From a virus (taxonomy: Duplodnaviria; Caudoviricetes), in IMG/VR virus record IMGVR_UViG_2883187667_000001, positions 1-64,000 of that record: 64,000 bases of DNA; one strand, given 5' to 3'. Position numbers and translations under genes: made by a program. The notes below the pieces were generated by a model that worked only from the letters and a program-made list of their open reading frames with translations, had not been told where the DNA came from and ran no database searches. Positions 46,660-56,253 of the stretch are shown here, one piece after another; position 1 is the first letter of the stretch, and every line of letters begins with the position of its first letter.

Positions 46660-46703
46660 CGCCCGCAAAAAATAACCACCCCGCACCCCGCCCCCACCAA
46701 AAC

Positions 46704-46744
46704 CGGAAAACAGCGCAAAAACCGCCCTACCCTCACCCAAAACT
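46704..46744 (+). promoter_or_regulatory. Late promoter motif (before capsid)
   Basis: CGGAAAACAGCGCAAAAACCGCCCTACC...CAAAACT, near-identical to copy at 55370. Confidence 0.75.
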
Positions 46745-46802
46745 ATCACCTGAACCTCGGCGCGTCGCCGAACACAGTCTGATAACTTTTGGCGAGATCG
46801 AT

Positions 46803-48518
46803 ATGCCCAATAAAATCAAGCACCAATACTCCCGTAAATCAACCGCCGAGGTGGATGCGTTCACCCAGGGGTTGCGGGAAAACGCTTTTAACCAGCAGGG
46901 AACATTCGACTCTGCGGCAACCTACGACTTCCTGTCTAATGTCACCAACCAAAACACAGGAATCAAGGTTCCCGACAACCTGCAAGCGGTTTACGATGAA
47001 GTCGGCGAGAAGGGGAGCGATGTCGTTACCCGAGCCATTCTCGATGGCATCAATAACTATGAAACAGCGCACGGCTGCTCGGTTCCGGCTGACATTCTGG
47101 AGCAGGCGATACATGCCGCTTACGGAACCACGAATGAGGCGCGCCGAATAAATCAGCTTCCGGCGCTGGACTCGGCGAACAGCAACCACATGGACGAGCT
47201 GAGCCTGCAGCCCAATCGCGCCGTTGTCGCCATTCTTTCGATAATGGCGGAGGCGATCCCGTTCGCGCATTACCTGCCGGCGGACATCGGTTCGAATGAA
47301 GCGCGTCTGGCGATCATGCAACATCAGGCCGGCAGCACCTACGGCGGCTATCTCGAAAACGCCATTCTGGATGGGATCGCCAGCGGCGAAGTCTTTATCA
47401 CCTCGTCGCGGATTCATAAACTGGATATCAACAGTCAGGGCGCGGCTACCGCGAAACTGACGACAATCCAAACAGACGATGAGCATTGCGATCAAAGCGA
47501 CACGGCGGTAGCGCCAAAGCTGTTGCGCGGCACAACTATCGTCTACGTGAACGGCAAGGTGGCCGCGCGCGAAGTCGATAACACCGGTAGCGGCAATTCG
47601 CCCATCAGCGGTACCGCGATCGTTGCGGGAACCAGCTACGCCATATCGGGAACCATTAATTCCGATACCGGCGTGGTGACGCTGGCGACCACGCCAGCTA
47701 TCCCCAACACCAGCGATGTATCGGTCATTGTCGAAGGCTTTATCGACTATGAACGGAGCCCTGAGCTGACGCCGCGGATTATAACGGCGGTCAACATTTT
47801 CAAGCTGCACGCCAGCCCCTGGCGCGTGTTCACGCAACAGACCATCGACAGCCGTACCCAGATGTCGAACGAATTGGGGCTGGACCCTTACGGCGAAAGC
47901 GTGATCGGCATTCAGCAGCAATTCGCCAACGAGCGCCATTACAAGGTGCTGGCCATGGCGCGGCGCTTGGCGGTCAACAACCACACGCAATTCGATTTCA
48001 ATTGGGCGACCAATAATGGCGGCGAAAGCCTGCAAAAGACCCGCTCTCAAATCCTACAGGACTTCGCCACCCCGCTGGGCGTCGCCGATCAGCAAATGGC
48101 GAACGACACCATGAACCACGGTATCACCCACTTGTACGTGGGTAAGTTCATGGCGTCCATGCTGTTGTCGATGCCGAGCGACATTTTCGTGCCGTCAGGG
48201 CTACCCGCTCGTCCGGGCATTTACCGCGTTGGGCGTCTGTTTGGCCGTTTCGATGTGTATTACGCGCCCAAGGGCGTGAAGGAAGCGATCGTCAATGGCA
48301 CGCAAACCGCTCAGGTTTTGTGCATCGGACGCGCAACCGACGTCACGCGCAACCCGTTTGTGCTGGGCGACGCCGTGGCGCCCCAGGTTATACCGTTGGC
48401 GGTCAATTCCGACATGAAAACCGGGGCCGCGTTCTACGCGCGCAACTTTACCTCAGTCAATCCGCACTGCCCGTCTTCCATGGGCTGCGCGATGATCGAC
48501 GTCTACAACCTGACCTAA
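46803..48518 (+). CDS. Major capsid protein (P1 gp23-like)
   Basis: 571 aa, first gene of head/sheath operon, P1-like capsid-sheath order. Confidence 0.75.
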   Translation: MPNKIKHQYSRKSTAEVDAFTQGLRENAFNQQGTFDSAATYDFLSNVTNQNTGIKVPDNLQAVYDEVGEKGSDVVTRAILDGINNYETAHGCSVPADILEQAIHAAYGTTNEARRINQLPALDSANSNHMDELSLQPNRAVVAILSIMAEAIPFAHYLPADIGSNEARLAIMQHQAGSTYGGYLENAILDGIASGEVFITSSRIHKLDINSQGAATAKLTTIQTDDEHCDQSDTAVAPKLLRGTTIVYVNGKVAAREVDNTGSGNSPISGTAIVAGTSYAISGTINSDTGVVTLATTPAIPNTSDVSVIVEGFIDYERSPELTPRIITAVNIFKLHASPWRVFTQQTIDSRTQMSNELGLDPYGESVIGIQQQFANERHYKVLAMARRLAVNNHTQFDFNWATNNGGESLQKTRSQILQDFATPLGVADQQMANDTMNHGITHLYVGKFMASMLLSMPSDIFVPSGLPARPGIYRVGRLFGRFDVYYAPKGVKEAIVNGTQTAQVLCIGRATDVTRNPFVLGDAVAPQVIPLAVNSDMKTGAAFYARNFTSVNPHCPSSMGCAMIDVYNLT

Positions 48519-48531
48519 TATCGAGGCGATC

Positions 48532-48951
48532 ATGTCAAGAATCATTGAAATTGGCGCGCCGGTATCCGGTGAAAAAAGCGCAAACGACGCGTTGAAAGAA
48601 GCGTTTGAAGGAGCTGGTTACCCGCTGGATGTAACGATTGAAAGCCACCTGCAACGCGCTATCGCGCTGCCGGAAATCGGGGTCTATTTGCCCGCGTCGA
48701 AGAGAACGTTCGCCACCATACGCAATGAGGATGCGTTTCATCGCGCGGTATCCAGCATCGAGCAAATCGCGGCGCTCAACGGTTACCAGAAAATCGTGAC
48801 CATCGAGGAGGGGCATGCGGACCCGGCCGCGGACGGCGCAGCCGGCGCGGATGCAACCGAAACAAAGAGTCGAGCCAAAAAACCAGCGAATTCCGGGGCG
48901 GATGCGTCCACGCATAACGCATCCGATCCCAATTCCAAGCAAGGAGCATAA
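48532..48951 (+). CDS. Phage hypothetical protein
   Basis: Between capsid and sheath, GAGG RBS. Confidence 0.65.
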   Translation: MSRIIEIGAPVSGEKSANDALKEAFEGAGYPLDVTIESHLQRAIALPEIGVYLPASKRTFATIRNEDAFHRAVSSIEQIAALNGYQKIVTIEEGHADPAADGAAGADATETKSRAKKPANSGADASTHNASDPNSKQGA

Positions 48952-48954
48952 CCC

Positions 48955-50595
48955 ATGACCGGAGTGGCTTTTACTCGTCAATTGGGTTCGGAATCGGGAG
49001 TCCAGCTCAACCCGCTGAGGGACGAGTCGGAACTCCCAACGCTGGACAACGCGGACCAGACCTTCGCCGTCGCCATGCGCGCCACCCGTGGACGCATCGA
49101 CAAGCCGTTTGCCGTCAATAGCGGGAACATCGGCAAAAAGCTGGGCAGCGGCGAGTCGATTCGCCTGTCCGCGCTGAACGAAGCGTGGGTTCAGGTATGG
49201 GAGGCGGTGAACCGTGGCGCTTACAACGCCATAGTGCAGCGCCTGATAACGAATGCGGCGGTTATCAAATGGGCTGTGGTCACGCTGCCCGATTCCGCTC
49301 CCGATGCCCCGGCGTTTTCGGTATCCGCCATCGATCCGGCGCCGCCCTACCTGCTCGCCATCAAGCATCTGGAGTGCCATAACGACGGCATTAAACTGGC
49401 GTTTCATGCCGATGAATCTCGCTCTGGCGGGGTGCTGACCGAGAATAGCAAGATAACGCTGAGAATATTCGATTCTGCCGACATATTGCTCTATGAGTTC
49501 CGTGGATCGCTAGATCCCGCCGCCCGCGATGATTTCGGGAATTCAGCGTTTTTGCCGGATGTCGTGTCCGGGATAACCGACGCGGTGGAAATCGAAGTTG
49601 GCGCAACCACCGCGATCGCCATCACCTCGAATGCCTATGGATACGACGCGGCGGGCAAGGAGAAATGGGTTAAGTCGGACTTGCTGATGTGTTTCGATGA
49701 AGGGGGCAAGGCGTACAGCACTCAAGACTACCATAATGCGCGTGATAAACTGCAGCGCACGCAATTGGGTTATGCCTACATCGCATCGGGCGGCACGCAA
49801 TCAATCGGACTGATTGCGGCGCTGGCTCAATTATCGTTCGACACCAATAAGCAGTTCCGCCTCGACATACCCGGAAATTTAACGGTGGAGGAAGCGATTA
49901 CGTTTAAGGAACAGCTTAATCTGGAAGCCGTTGAAACGGCTCACTTGATACATGTGTACTGGGCGCCGCTAAAAAGCGACGATCCGACCGGAGTGAACGG
50001 TAAAGGCTATATTGGAACCTCGGCGCTTAATATCGCGTTGTCGTGCCTGCGTAACGCGCAGGCCAATTCCAAGGGGTTCGCGTCTAAAAACTACCCTATC
50101 GCCGGGCGCGAATGGCCGGTACAGCGCACCGGGCTGGTACAGGTCGTCACCCCTGGCGATCAGGAACTTAGCGCGCTGGCAAAAGCCAGGATCAACCCGG
50201 TGATTTTTGAAACATACACCGGCGGTGGGCGCTATGTGTTCAGAGACTCCTTGACCTGCGCTCCGGTTGAAAACGTCCTCAAAAAACTGATTTCCGTGGT
50301 TGAAATGTCCACCAGCATCGACGATGCCGTGACGCGCTACGCAAAGGATGTGCTGCAACTGCCGATGGACGTATGCATCAAGCGCATGACCGACTTTCTT
50401 CAAAATCTGTTCGAGGGGGCTCAGGGCGCAAAATGGATTACCCCGTCGAGCGATCCGGCCATGGGCGGTTCCGCGTTCCGTTTTACGGTTCAGCCGAACG
50501 CGGCGCGCCCTTACGACACAATGGACTATGCATACTGGCTGCATTATGACGGAACAAACCGCCAGAGCTATGTAACCCAGACATTAAGCAGGTAA
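48955..50595 (+). CDS. Tail sheath protein (P1 gp22-like)
   Basis: RGRIDKPF.V, YPIAG, LAKARINPV, DSLT sheath-like motifs. Confidence 0.8.
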   Translation: MTGVAFTRQLGSESGVQLNPLRDESELPTLDNADQTFAVAMRATRGRIDKPFAVNSGNIGKKLGSGESIRLSALNEAWVQVWEAVNRGAYNAIVQRLITNAAVIKWAVVTLPDSAPDAPAFSVSAIDPAPPYLLAIKHLECHNDGIKLAFHADESRSGGVLTENSKITLRIFDSADILLYEFRGSLDPAARDDFGNSAFLPDVVSGITDAVEIEVGATTAIAITSNAYGYDAAGKEKWVKSDLLMCFDEGGKAYSTQDYHNARDKLQRTQLGYAYIASGGTQSIGLIAALAQLSFDTNKQFRLDIPGNLTVEEAITFKEQLNLEAVETAHLIHVYWAPLKSDDPTGVNGKGYIGTSALNIALSCLRNAQANSKGFASKNYPIAGREWPVQRTGLVQVVTPGDQELSALAKARINPVIFETYTGGGRYVFRDSLTCAPVENVLKKLISVVEMSTSIDDAVTRYAKDVLQLPMDVCIKRMTDFLQNLFEGAQGAKWITPSSDPAMGGSAFRFTVQPNAARPYDTMDYAYWLHYDGTNRQSYVTQTLSR

Positions 50596-50600
50596 TACTC

Positions 50601-51293
50601 ATGAGCTTGACTGAAATTTTACGCAGCGCCATGGCGCGCAGCAAAACGCTGGACAGTTGCAAGGAAGAAAAAACCGTCGACTCGGCGGACACGCCCGAGC
50701 TGGAAGGCGCGGACCAGTACACGTTGAACGACGTGGCGTTAAAAACGGCGGCAGCCATACAGCAGTGGTGCGAAACCGATGACCTGGATTCCGGGGAAAC
50801 CTCCGCGAATCGCCTGATGGCGTTGATCGTGGGCATCGCCGATATCAATAAGGACGGCGACATCACTGATGATGAGGCCGATCTGCTGGATATGGCCCTG
50901 AACGCGGCGTGGGATTATCTCGCCTCGAAGGGGGCCGACGAAGAAGACATCGGCGCGCTGCTGAACGATTGGGACGACGATGCCGCTGACCGCATCCGGG
51001 ATCTGGTCACCAGCGCCTTGCCGGATGGCGATGACGCGGCTTCCGATGACCTGAACAGCTTCGTGTTCGGCGTCAGCCAGGAACCGGCGCTGGATGCCGT
51101 CTACAGAAACAAGGTAGCCATTCGCGGCGGTAAAAAGGTGCGCATACACAAGCGCATCTCAGGAACCGTGCATTTATCGGCCAAGCAAAAAGTGGCCGTG
51201 CGCAAAATGCTGATGAAAAGCCACTCTTCCACGGCGCAGATGCACCGGATGAAGTCGGTGCGCGTCCGTGGGCAATTTGGGATGAAGGTTTAA
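50601..51293 (+). CDS. Prohead core/scaffold-like protein
   Basis: Acidic body plus very basic C-terminus (LSAKQKVAVRK...RMKSVRVR). Confidence 0.55.
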   Translation: MSLTEILRSAMARSKTLDSCKEEKTVDSADTPELEGADQYTLNDVALKTAAAIQQWCETDDLDSGETSANRLMALIVGIADINKDGDITDDEADLLDMALNAAWDYLASKGADEEDIGALLNDWDDDAADRIRDLVTSALPDGDDAASDDLNSFVFGVSQEPALDAVYRNKVAIRGGKKVRIHKRISGTVHLSAKQKVAVRKMLMKSHSSTAQMHRMKSVRVRGQFGMKV

Positions 51294-51296
51294 TGG

Positions 51297-52055
51297 ATGG
51301 TCCTTGGCGCGCTGTCATCGCTGTGGGGCGAATTATCGCCGCACCTGATCGCCAGTTTTTTTGAGGTTGATCGAAGCGGCGCGCGTATGGGCTCCGGCGC
51401 GGAGGTAAAAGCGCCGCTGACGGATTCGAATCTGGAGGCTACGCTTAACTGGCAAAGCCCGTTCGAGCAGGCCGGGCCTGAGTCAAAGGCTCCGGCTCTA
51501 CTGGCCATGCTGCAATCCGGAGCCTTGCAGCCCATTATGGATGTAATGCTTGGAAAAGCTGCCAATGCAACCGGCATCGATGTGTCGGGAGCGCAACAGA
51601 AATCCAACGCCTTTCTTAAGCAATTCGACGGCAGAACCGGCATCACCAAGCTGAATTCCACACAGGTTTTTACCGGCATGCCGCCGGTAAAAATATCGGT
51701 CACCGCGCTATTTCGGGCATGGCGGGATGCTATTTCGGAAGTTGAGGCTCCAGTTGATCAGCTTTGGGATTGGGCGCTTCCGCAAGAGCTATCGAAAGAC
51801 GGCGCTATCGTCGGTAGCCTGAAGGCGGCAAGCGGGGAACAAAGCGCGCTGGATGCGTTACTGCCCTCGCACGCACCGACCATGATCGGCGTGACGTATA
51901 AGGGGCGGACCTATGCGCCGCTGGTAATCGAGTCAATCGGCTACCCCATAAGCTCGCCCATTTCATCAAGCGGCAATTATGTCGAGCTATCCGTACCCAT
52001 GACGCTGTGCACGCTGACCGCGTGGGATCGAAACGACCGGAAAAAAACCCGTTAA
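51297..52055 (+). CDS. Putative baseplate/tail protein
   Basis: Late-operon ORF; P.MIGV...GRTY.PLVIESI tube-initiator-like motif. Confidence 0.6.
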   Translation: MVLGALSSLWGELSPHLIASFFEVDRSGARMGSGAEVKAPLTDSNLEATLNWQSPFEQAGPESKAPALLAMLQSGALQPIMDVMLGKAANATGIDVSGAQQKSNAFLKQFDGRTGITKLNSTQVFTGMPPVKISVTALFRAWRDAISEVEAPVDQLWDWALPQELSKDGAIVGSLKAASGEQSALDALLPSHAPTMIGVTYKGRTYAPLVIESIGYPISSPISSSGNYVELSVPMTLCTLTAWDRNDRKKTR

Positions 52056-52071
52056 TTTATGTGAGAAACAC

Positions 52072-52857
52072 ATGATTTACATACCGCCACTCAGAACAAA
52101 ACGCCTCACGGTACAGCTCAAGGAGCTGTCCATTATGGATAGCATCGCGCTGGCCGGAATGCCTATCGCGCACGAGCAATCCAACATAACGCAGTTCCTG
52201 CGGCGCGCCACGGACAGCGCCAACGGCATCGATCCCGCCTTATGGACGGTTCAGGAGCGCCTATTGGCGGTTTGCCACTATATTGCCGCGGTAGCCGATG
52301 ACGGCCCTGATTTTTCAGTCGGCGCTGCGGCGCATTATTCCGATTACCTGGATGGCGAAGTCGATATCACCGGCGATGGAAAACCGCTGCCGGCCGGTGA
52401 GCTGTCCGGCGATAACTGGTCCATCCGGCATCTGACCGGCTGGTCCGCCGAGGTCATCGAACGCCTGGAAGGGGAAATACCGGGTCTTTCTGCAAGAGCG
52501 CATTGGCTGTTGGGCGCCATGGCCGCGCAACTGGTGCGCGACTCGGAGGAAATCAACGATGAGTTTACCGATGAATGGCTGCTGGAGCGCATGCGGATCA
52601 TGGCGGCGTTCCCGGAAAGTGACTTCATCGCGTTGAGCGCGATATTCATGGAGGGCAAGGCGACGCTGCATCACCTGATGCGCATCGAGTTCGGCGACGA
52701 CGGCGGCATCGTGGTACTGCCGAAGGAGGGCGGCCTGTTACCGCCCGCCCGATTTCGCCTATATTCCTGCCTCTCAACGTTCGCGCGCGGAATGGGCGGA
52801 AAACCTGACGAATCTGGCGATCAGCGTCAGTCTATTCTCTTCGACACCGCTGCATGA
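52072..52857 (+). CDS. Putative tail/baseplate assembly chaperone
   Basis: WTVQER..A..HY motif; followed by overlapping start-less +1 ORF. Confidence 0.6.
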   Translation: MIYIPPLRTKRLTVQLKELSIMDSIALAGMPIAHEQSNITQFLRRATDSANGIDPALWTVQERLLAVCHYIAAVADDGPDFSVGAAAHYSDYLDGEVDITGDGKPLPAGELSGDNWSIRHLTGWSAEVIERLEGEIPGLSARAHWLLGAMAAQLVRDSEEINDEFTDEWLLERMRIMAAFPESDFIALSAIFMEGKATLHHLMRIEFGDDGGIVVLPKEGGLLPPARFRLYSCLSTFARGMGGKPDESGDQRQSILFDTAA

Positions 52858-53029
52858 GGCGTTGCGGCTCACGAGCAACCAGGCATCCCACTTCTTTGAG
52901 TCCAAGGCATTTACCGACTATAGGAAAAATCGCGACGCCGAGATGAAAATACAGGTGGCGGTCGTTAACCGGCTGAATGACGTGGTCAAGTCGGTGGGCA
53001 TACTGGCGAAGGTGATGAGTAAACGGTAA
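52754..53029 (+). CDS. Start-less +1-frame ORF, probable frameshift extension
   Basis: Open 52679-53029: ...EWAENLTNLAISVSLFSSTPLHEALRL...FFESKAFTDYRK...RLNDVVK. Confidence 0.5.
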   Translation, partial: FAYIPASQRSRAEWAENLTNLAISVSLFSSTPLHEALRLTSNQASHFFESKAFTDYRKNRDAEMKIQVAVVNRLNDVVKSVGILAKVMSKR

Positions 53030-53034
53030 CGATA

Positions 53035-53472
53035 ATGGAAATGAACAATGTCGAAACAATGCTGGCCGGCGGCGCGGGCGGCATCACCGTAACCGGTTTT
53101 TTATTCTGGTCGGTGCGCCGCATGTTCCGGCAGTACTCGACCGAGATCACAGAGAAGCGCAAGGACGAAGCCGAGGCGGCGCTTTTTACCAATCTGCGCG
53201 CGGAGATAACGCGCATGGGCGAGGATATTCTCAAAATCAAGGAAGCGCATCGGCAGGAAAAGCATGCGCTTGACCGGCGCATTGAGGCGCTGGAACATAA
53301 AGTAGCGACGCTAAACGGCCAGCGCAACCGCACAAAACAGATCGCGGTGGACGGATACCGCAGTTGCGCGAAAGGAAGCTGCCAGCATCAACCGGACACG
53401 CTGGGCAAGTTCAACCAGATCATCGACCACGGCGATCCTAATAAGGAGTGGGATTTTAAAACCGCTCCATAG
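53035..53472 (+). CDS. Single-TM coiled-coil protein
   Basis: N-terminal hydrophobic helix followed by heptad pattern. Confidence 0.6.
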   Translation: MEMNNVETMLAGGAGGITVTGFLFWSVRRMFRQYSTEITEKRKDEAEAALFTNLRAEITRMGEDILKIKEAHRQEKHALDRRIEALEHKVATLNGQRNRTKQIAVDGYRSCAKGSCQHQPDTLGKFNQIIDHGDPNKEWDFKTAP

Positions 53473-53547
53473 ATTGACAGTAATTGCAGAGTGCAGCAGA
53501 ATAATTAGCCGTAACATAGCCGCCTCAGTCATTCTGGAGTAACCACC

Positions 53548-53820
53548 ATGTACCGCCTCGGCTGGCCTCTGTCCACATTTCTTGCATCACTCGGCATCCC
53601 GCTGCTGGTTAAAATTATTGTTTTTTATGACGATGAAGCGCATGTTTATGTTGCGACAAGTCCGGATGTAAAGGGGCTGGTCGTAGAATCCAGCGACTTT
53701 GAGGAACTCAAGCGCGAGATTACAGATTTGGTTCCCGAGCTGCTGTCGCTTAACCGGCCCAATCTACGCTCAAAACCCGCAACAGACCTGACGTTTACCC
53801 AGCATCTTTCCCATGCATGA
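53548..53820 (+). CDS. HicB-like (DUF1902) antitoxin
   Basis: YDDEAHVYVATSPDVKGLVVE......L......VPELL. Confidence 0.8.
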   Translation: MYRLGWPLSTFLASLGIPLLVKIIVFYDDEAHVYVATSPDVKGLVVESSDFEELKREITDLVPELLSLNRPNLRSKPATDLTFTQHLSHA

Positions 53821-54008
53821 ATGGCTACGAGAAGCAGGTTAAAGCGCTGCTGCTCCAAGCCGGTTGCAAACTGATACGCTCTGGAAAAGGATCGCACGAA
53901 ATCTGGCAATGTCCAAATGGCGTGAATGTTACGGTAAACCACGCCTGCAAATCCCGTCATACAGCAAACAGCATCTTACAGGCTGCGGGTATCAAGTTCA
54001 GATTTTGA
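53817..54008 (+). CDS. hicA: HicA-family toxin
   Basis: LLQAGC..IR.GKGSHEIW...SRHTANSILQAAGI. Confidence 0.85.
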   Translation: MNGYEKQVKALLLQAGCKLIRSGKGSHEIWQCPNGVNVTVNHACKSRHTANSILQAAGIKFRF

Positions 54009-54037
54009 GCCGCGTCCCTGCGGCTGGATTACCCGGT

Positions 54038-54721
54038 TCACCAAGCCTTGCTCAACTCCTCCACGCAGAAGCGCCGCGCCTTTTCTCGGTACTGAGGCGA
54101 CAGGTTCATGGTGCGCAAAAACGTCGCCATCAGCGCGGGCATGGTGGCGATGCCTTCGGATATCGAGGTCAGGCCCAAGGTGGACAGGTATTCGTCCACC
54201 AGCTCGCGCGTTAGCGGCTGGATGTTGCTCTGGCCGTTTTCGATGGTCAGCAGGTAGTGATTACGTCCGGCAGCCGAAGGGAGAACCCTACCCAGTAACC
54301 GCTCCCCTATTGTCTGGAGTATGCGCGCAGCGGCATACTGCACGCGCCTGATTGATCCCAACTCGATATCCCTGCAATGCGCCCATAGGGTTTCGTTTGG
54401 CAGCAGTATCAACTCAATCGCCATTTGGTCTTGCGGGCTGGCATTGCAGTAATGCTCGAATAGGGATTGTTTGAGGGATGCGTCCGGGGTTGCTTCCTGA
54501 GCGGGAATAAACTCACCTTCCAGCGGCAGCCGCGCAACCAGCGAGCAAACATCGGTAAACGACTCGGCGGGAACCTCTTTGTAACTGCATCCGAACTTGG
54601 ACTTGATCGACGACCAGCACTTGATGGCGGCCTTGGCGTGTTTGTCTTGCGGAAGTTCGGCGACGCGGGATTTGACCAGCGCCTTGATGACGTCCTGCTG
54701 GTCTGGCGTCAGGCAGATCAA
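54038..54721 (-). pseudogene. 5'-truncated antirepressor (ORF6C-like C-terminal part)
   Basis: LTPDQQ..IK.LV...WSSIKSKFGCSYKEVP...ARLPLEGEFIP; no N-terminal domain or RBS. Confidence 0.6.
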
Positions 54722-54809
54722 ATTTCCCCCTCAGTCTTATTGCTTCTTTTCTGACATTTACAATGCTAATCGGTTGAACTAAATAACCTCGAAGTTGATA
54801 ACTCTCCAT
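54716..54809 (-). pseudogene. N-terminal remnant of ImmA/IrrE-like peptidase gene
   Basis: MESYQLRGYLVQPISIVNVRKEAIRLR coupled to Xre gene, then reads into antirepressor DNA. Confidence 0.45.
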
Positions 54810-55165
54810 TAATCCTCTTCTTTCTTCGCTCCCAACAAATCCGCAAGTTTAGCAAGAGTTTCCGCGTCAAAACTCGATCTGGCAAAACCGGCGATTAACA
54901 TCTGCTGCTGCGGGTCGCATCCTTCCAGCGACACGCTTTTGTTTGCCATATCCGCGTAAACCCCTAAATCTTTAACCATAACGCCGCGCTCTTCAAAAAA
55001 CTGGGTGGTTTTTTTTACCCACTCTTCGGGAATTTTTTTTCTTCCGGTTTCCATGGCACTAAGAAAGGCCGGTGATACTTCGAGACTTTCAGCCATGGTG
55101 GACAAGGTTTCATGGGCATCCAGTCTGGCCTTTCTGACAGCTCTTCCAAAGTCAGTAAGCCTCAT
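54809..55165 (-). CDS. Xre-family HTH protein (ImmR/antitoxin-like)
   Basis: LTDFGRAVRKARL...MAESLEVSPAFLSAMETGRKKIP. Confidence 0.85.
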   Translation of the reverse strand: MRLTDFGRAVRKARLDAHETLSTMAESLEVSPAFLSAMETGRKKIPEEWVKKTTQFFEERGVMVKDLGVYADMANKSVSLEGCDPQQQMLIAGFARSSFDAETLAKLADLLGAKKEED

Positions 55166-55369
55166 TTTTTCAATCTCCCCTTTAGTTTGTTACACATTAC
55201 GGATCAATCATGATCCTGAGACGCGATTATACCTATCCGCACAACAATTTCAACCGTTTTGGTTAAAATTTTTTAACATGCGGTTCTTCCTGTCAATCGT
55301 GAACCTTATACGCTCCCCCAACTATCAAAAACTAAGGTAGCCCGATATTGCACGCATACCATTCAAAAC

Positions 55370-55411
55370 CGGAAAACAGCGCAAAAACCGCCCTACCCCA
55401 CACTCAAAACT
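55370..55411 (+). promoter_or_regulatory. Late promoter motif (before lysis genes)
   Basis: CGGAAAACAGCGCAAAAACCGCCCTACC...CAAAACT. Confidence 0.75.
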
Positions 55412-55440
55412 ACCCCCTGATAACTACATCAGGTGGGCAT

Positions 55441-55971
55441 ATGACCAAACACAGACAGGTATGCGACGCTGCCGTCGCTATCATTAAAAAATTCGAGTCC
55501 CTGCATGACGGCGATCTGAGTCATGTCGGGCTACAGCCCAAAATGGACCCGATTGGCATCTGGACTGAGGGCTGGGGTCACGCGATGCGTGATCCGGCTA
55601 CCGGTAAATTTCTCAAGGGTGCTGAAAACAAGGCAAAGGCCTACCGGTTGCACAGCATCAGCGACGAAGATCAGGCCAATGCTGTCCTGGACGAAGACTT
55701 GGCCGAGTTCTCCGATCACATTGCCACGCTGATCAAGGTTGATGTCAGTGACGACCAATTCGGCGCATTGGTCAGCTTTGCGTACAACGTGGGCTACGGC
55801 AAGGGTGGGTTGGGTGATTCAACGCTGCTCAAGTTGCTGAATGCCGGAAACTACATTGGCGCTGCCGACCAGTTTCCGCGCTGGAATAAATCCGGTGGCA
55901 AGGTACTTAACGGGCTTGTGAAAAGACGGGATTCCGAGCGTCTTCTGTTCCTGGATGGAACTTCTTCCTAA
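55441..55971 (+). CDS. GH24 endolysin (lysozyme)
   Basis: IKKFE, D..GIWT.GWGH, QFGALVSFAYNVG, STLLKLLN, GLVKRR.SE. Confidence 0.92.
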   Translation: MTKHRQVCDAAVAIIKKFESLHDGDLSHVGLQPKMDPIGIWTEGWGHAMRDPATGKFLKGAENKAKAYRLHSISDEDQANAVLDEDLAEFSDHIATLIKVDVSDDQFGALVSFAYNVGYGKGGLGDSTLLKLLNAGNYIGAADQFPRWNKSGGKVLNGLVKRRDSERLLFLDGTSS

Positions 55972-55982
55972 GCGGGTACATC

Positions 55983-56243
55983 ATGAGCATTCTATTTTTC
56001 ACGTTGATTGGGGCCTCCGGCCTCATTGCGCACTGGTGTAAACGCTGGCTGCGCGAACAAACCACGGCATCGCTGCTCGACTATTACCTGAAATACAACC
56101 GGCGCGCGACGGCGGCAACCGCCATTACATTTTCGGGCGCGCTATTCGGGTTTTTATCGAGCAGCCCCGAGCTTACGCCCGTAACGGCCTACGCCGTGTT
56201 TTTAACCGGTTACGGCATTGATTCTGCCATAAACGCTGAGTGA
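55983..56243 (+). CDS. Putative holin
   Basis: 86 aa with 2-3 TM helices next to endolysin; GY..DS..N ending. Confidence 0.65.
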   Translation: MSILFFTLIGASGLIAHWCKRWLREQTTASLLDYYLKYNRRATAATAITFSGALFGFLSSSPELTPVTAYAVFLTGYGIDSAINAE

Positions 56244-56253
56244 GGCAGTAAAG

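Noticed and set aside
46839-49407. Long antisense ORFs (403 aa, 290 aa) opposite capsid and sheath, and similar ones opposite darB
   Set aside because: Shadow ORFs expected from GC-rich codon bias; no recognisable motifs
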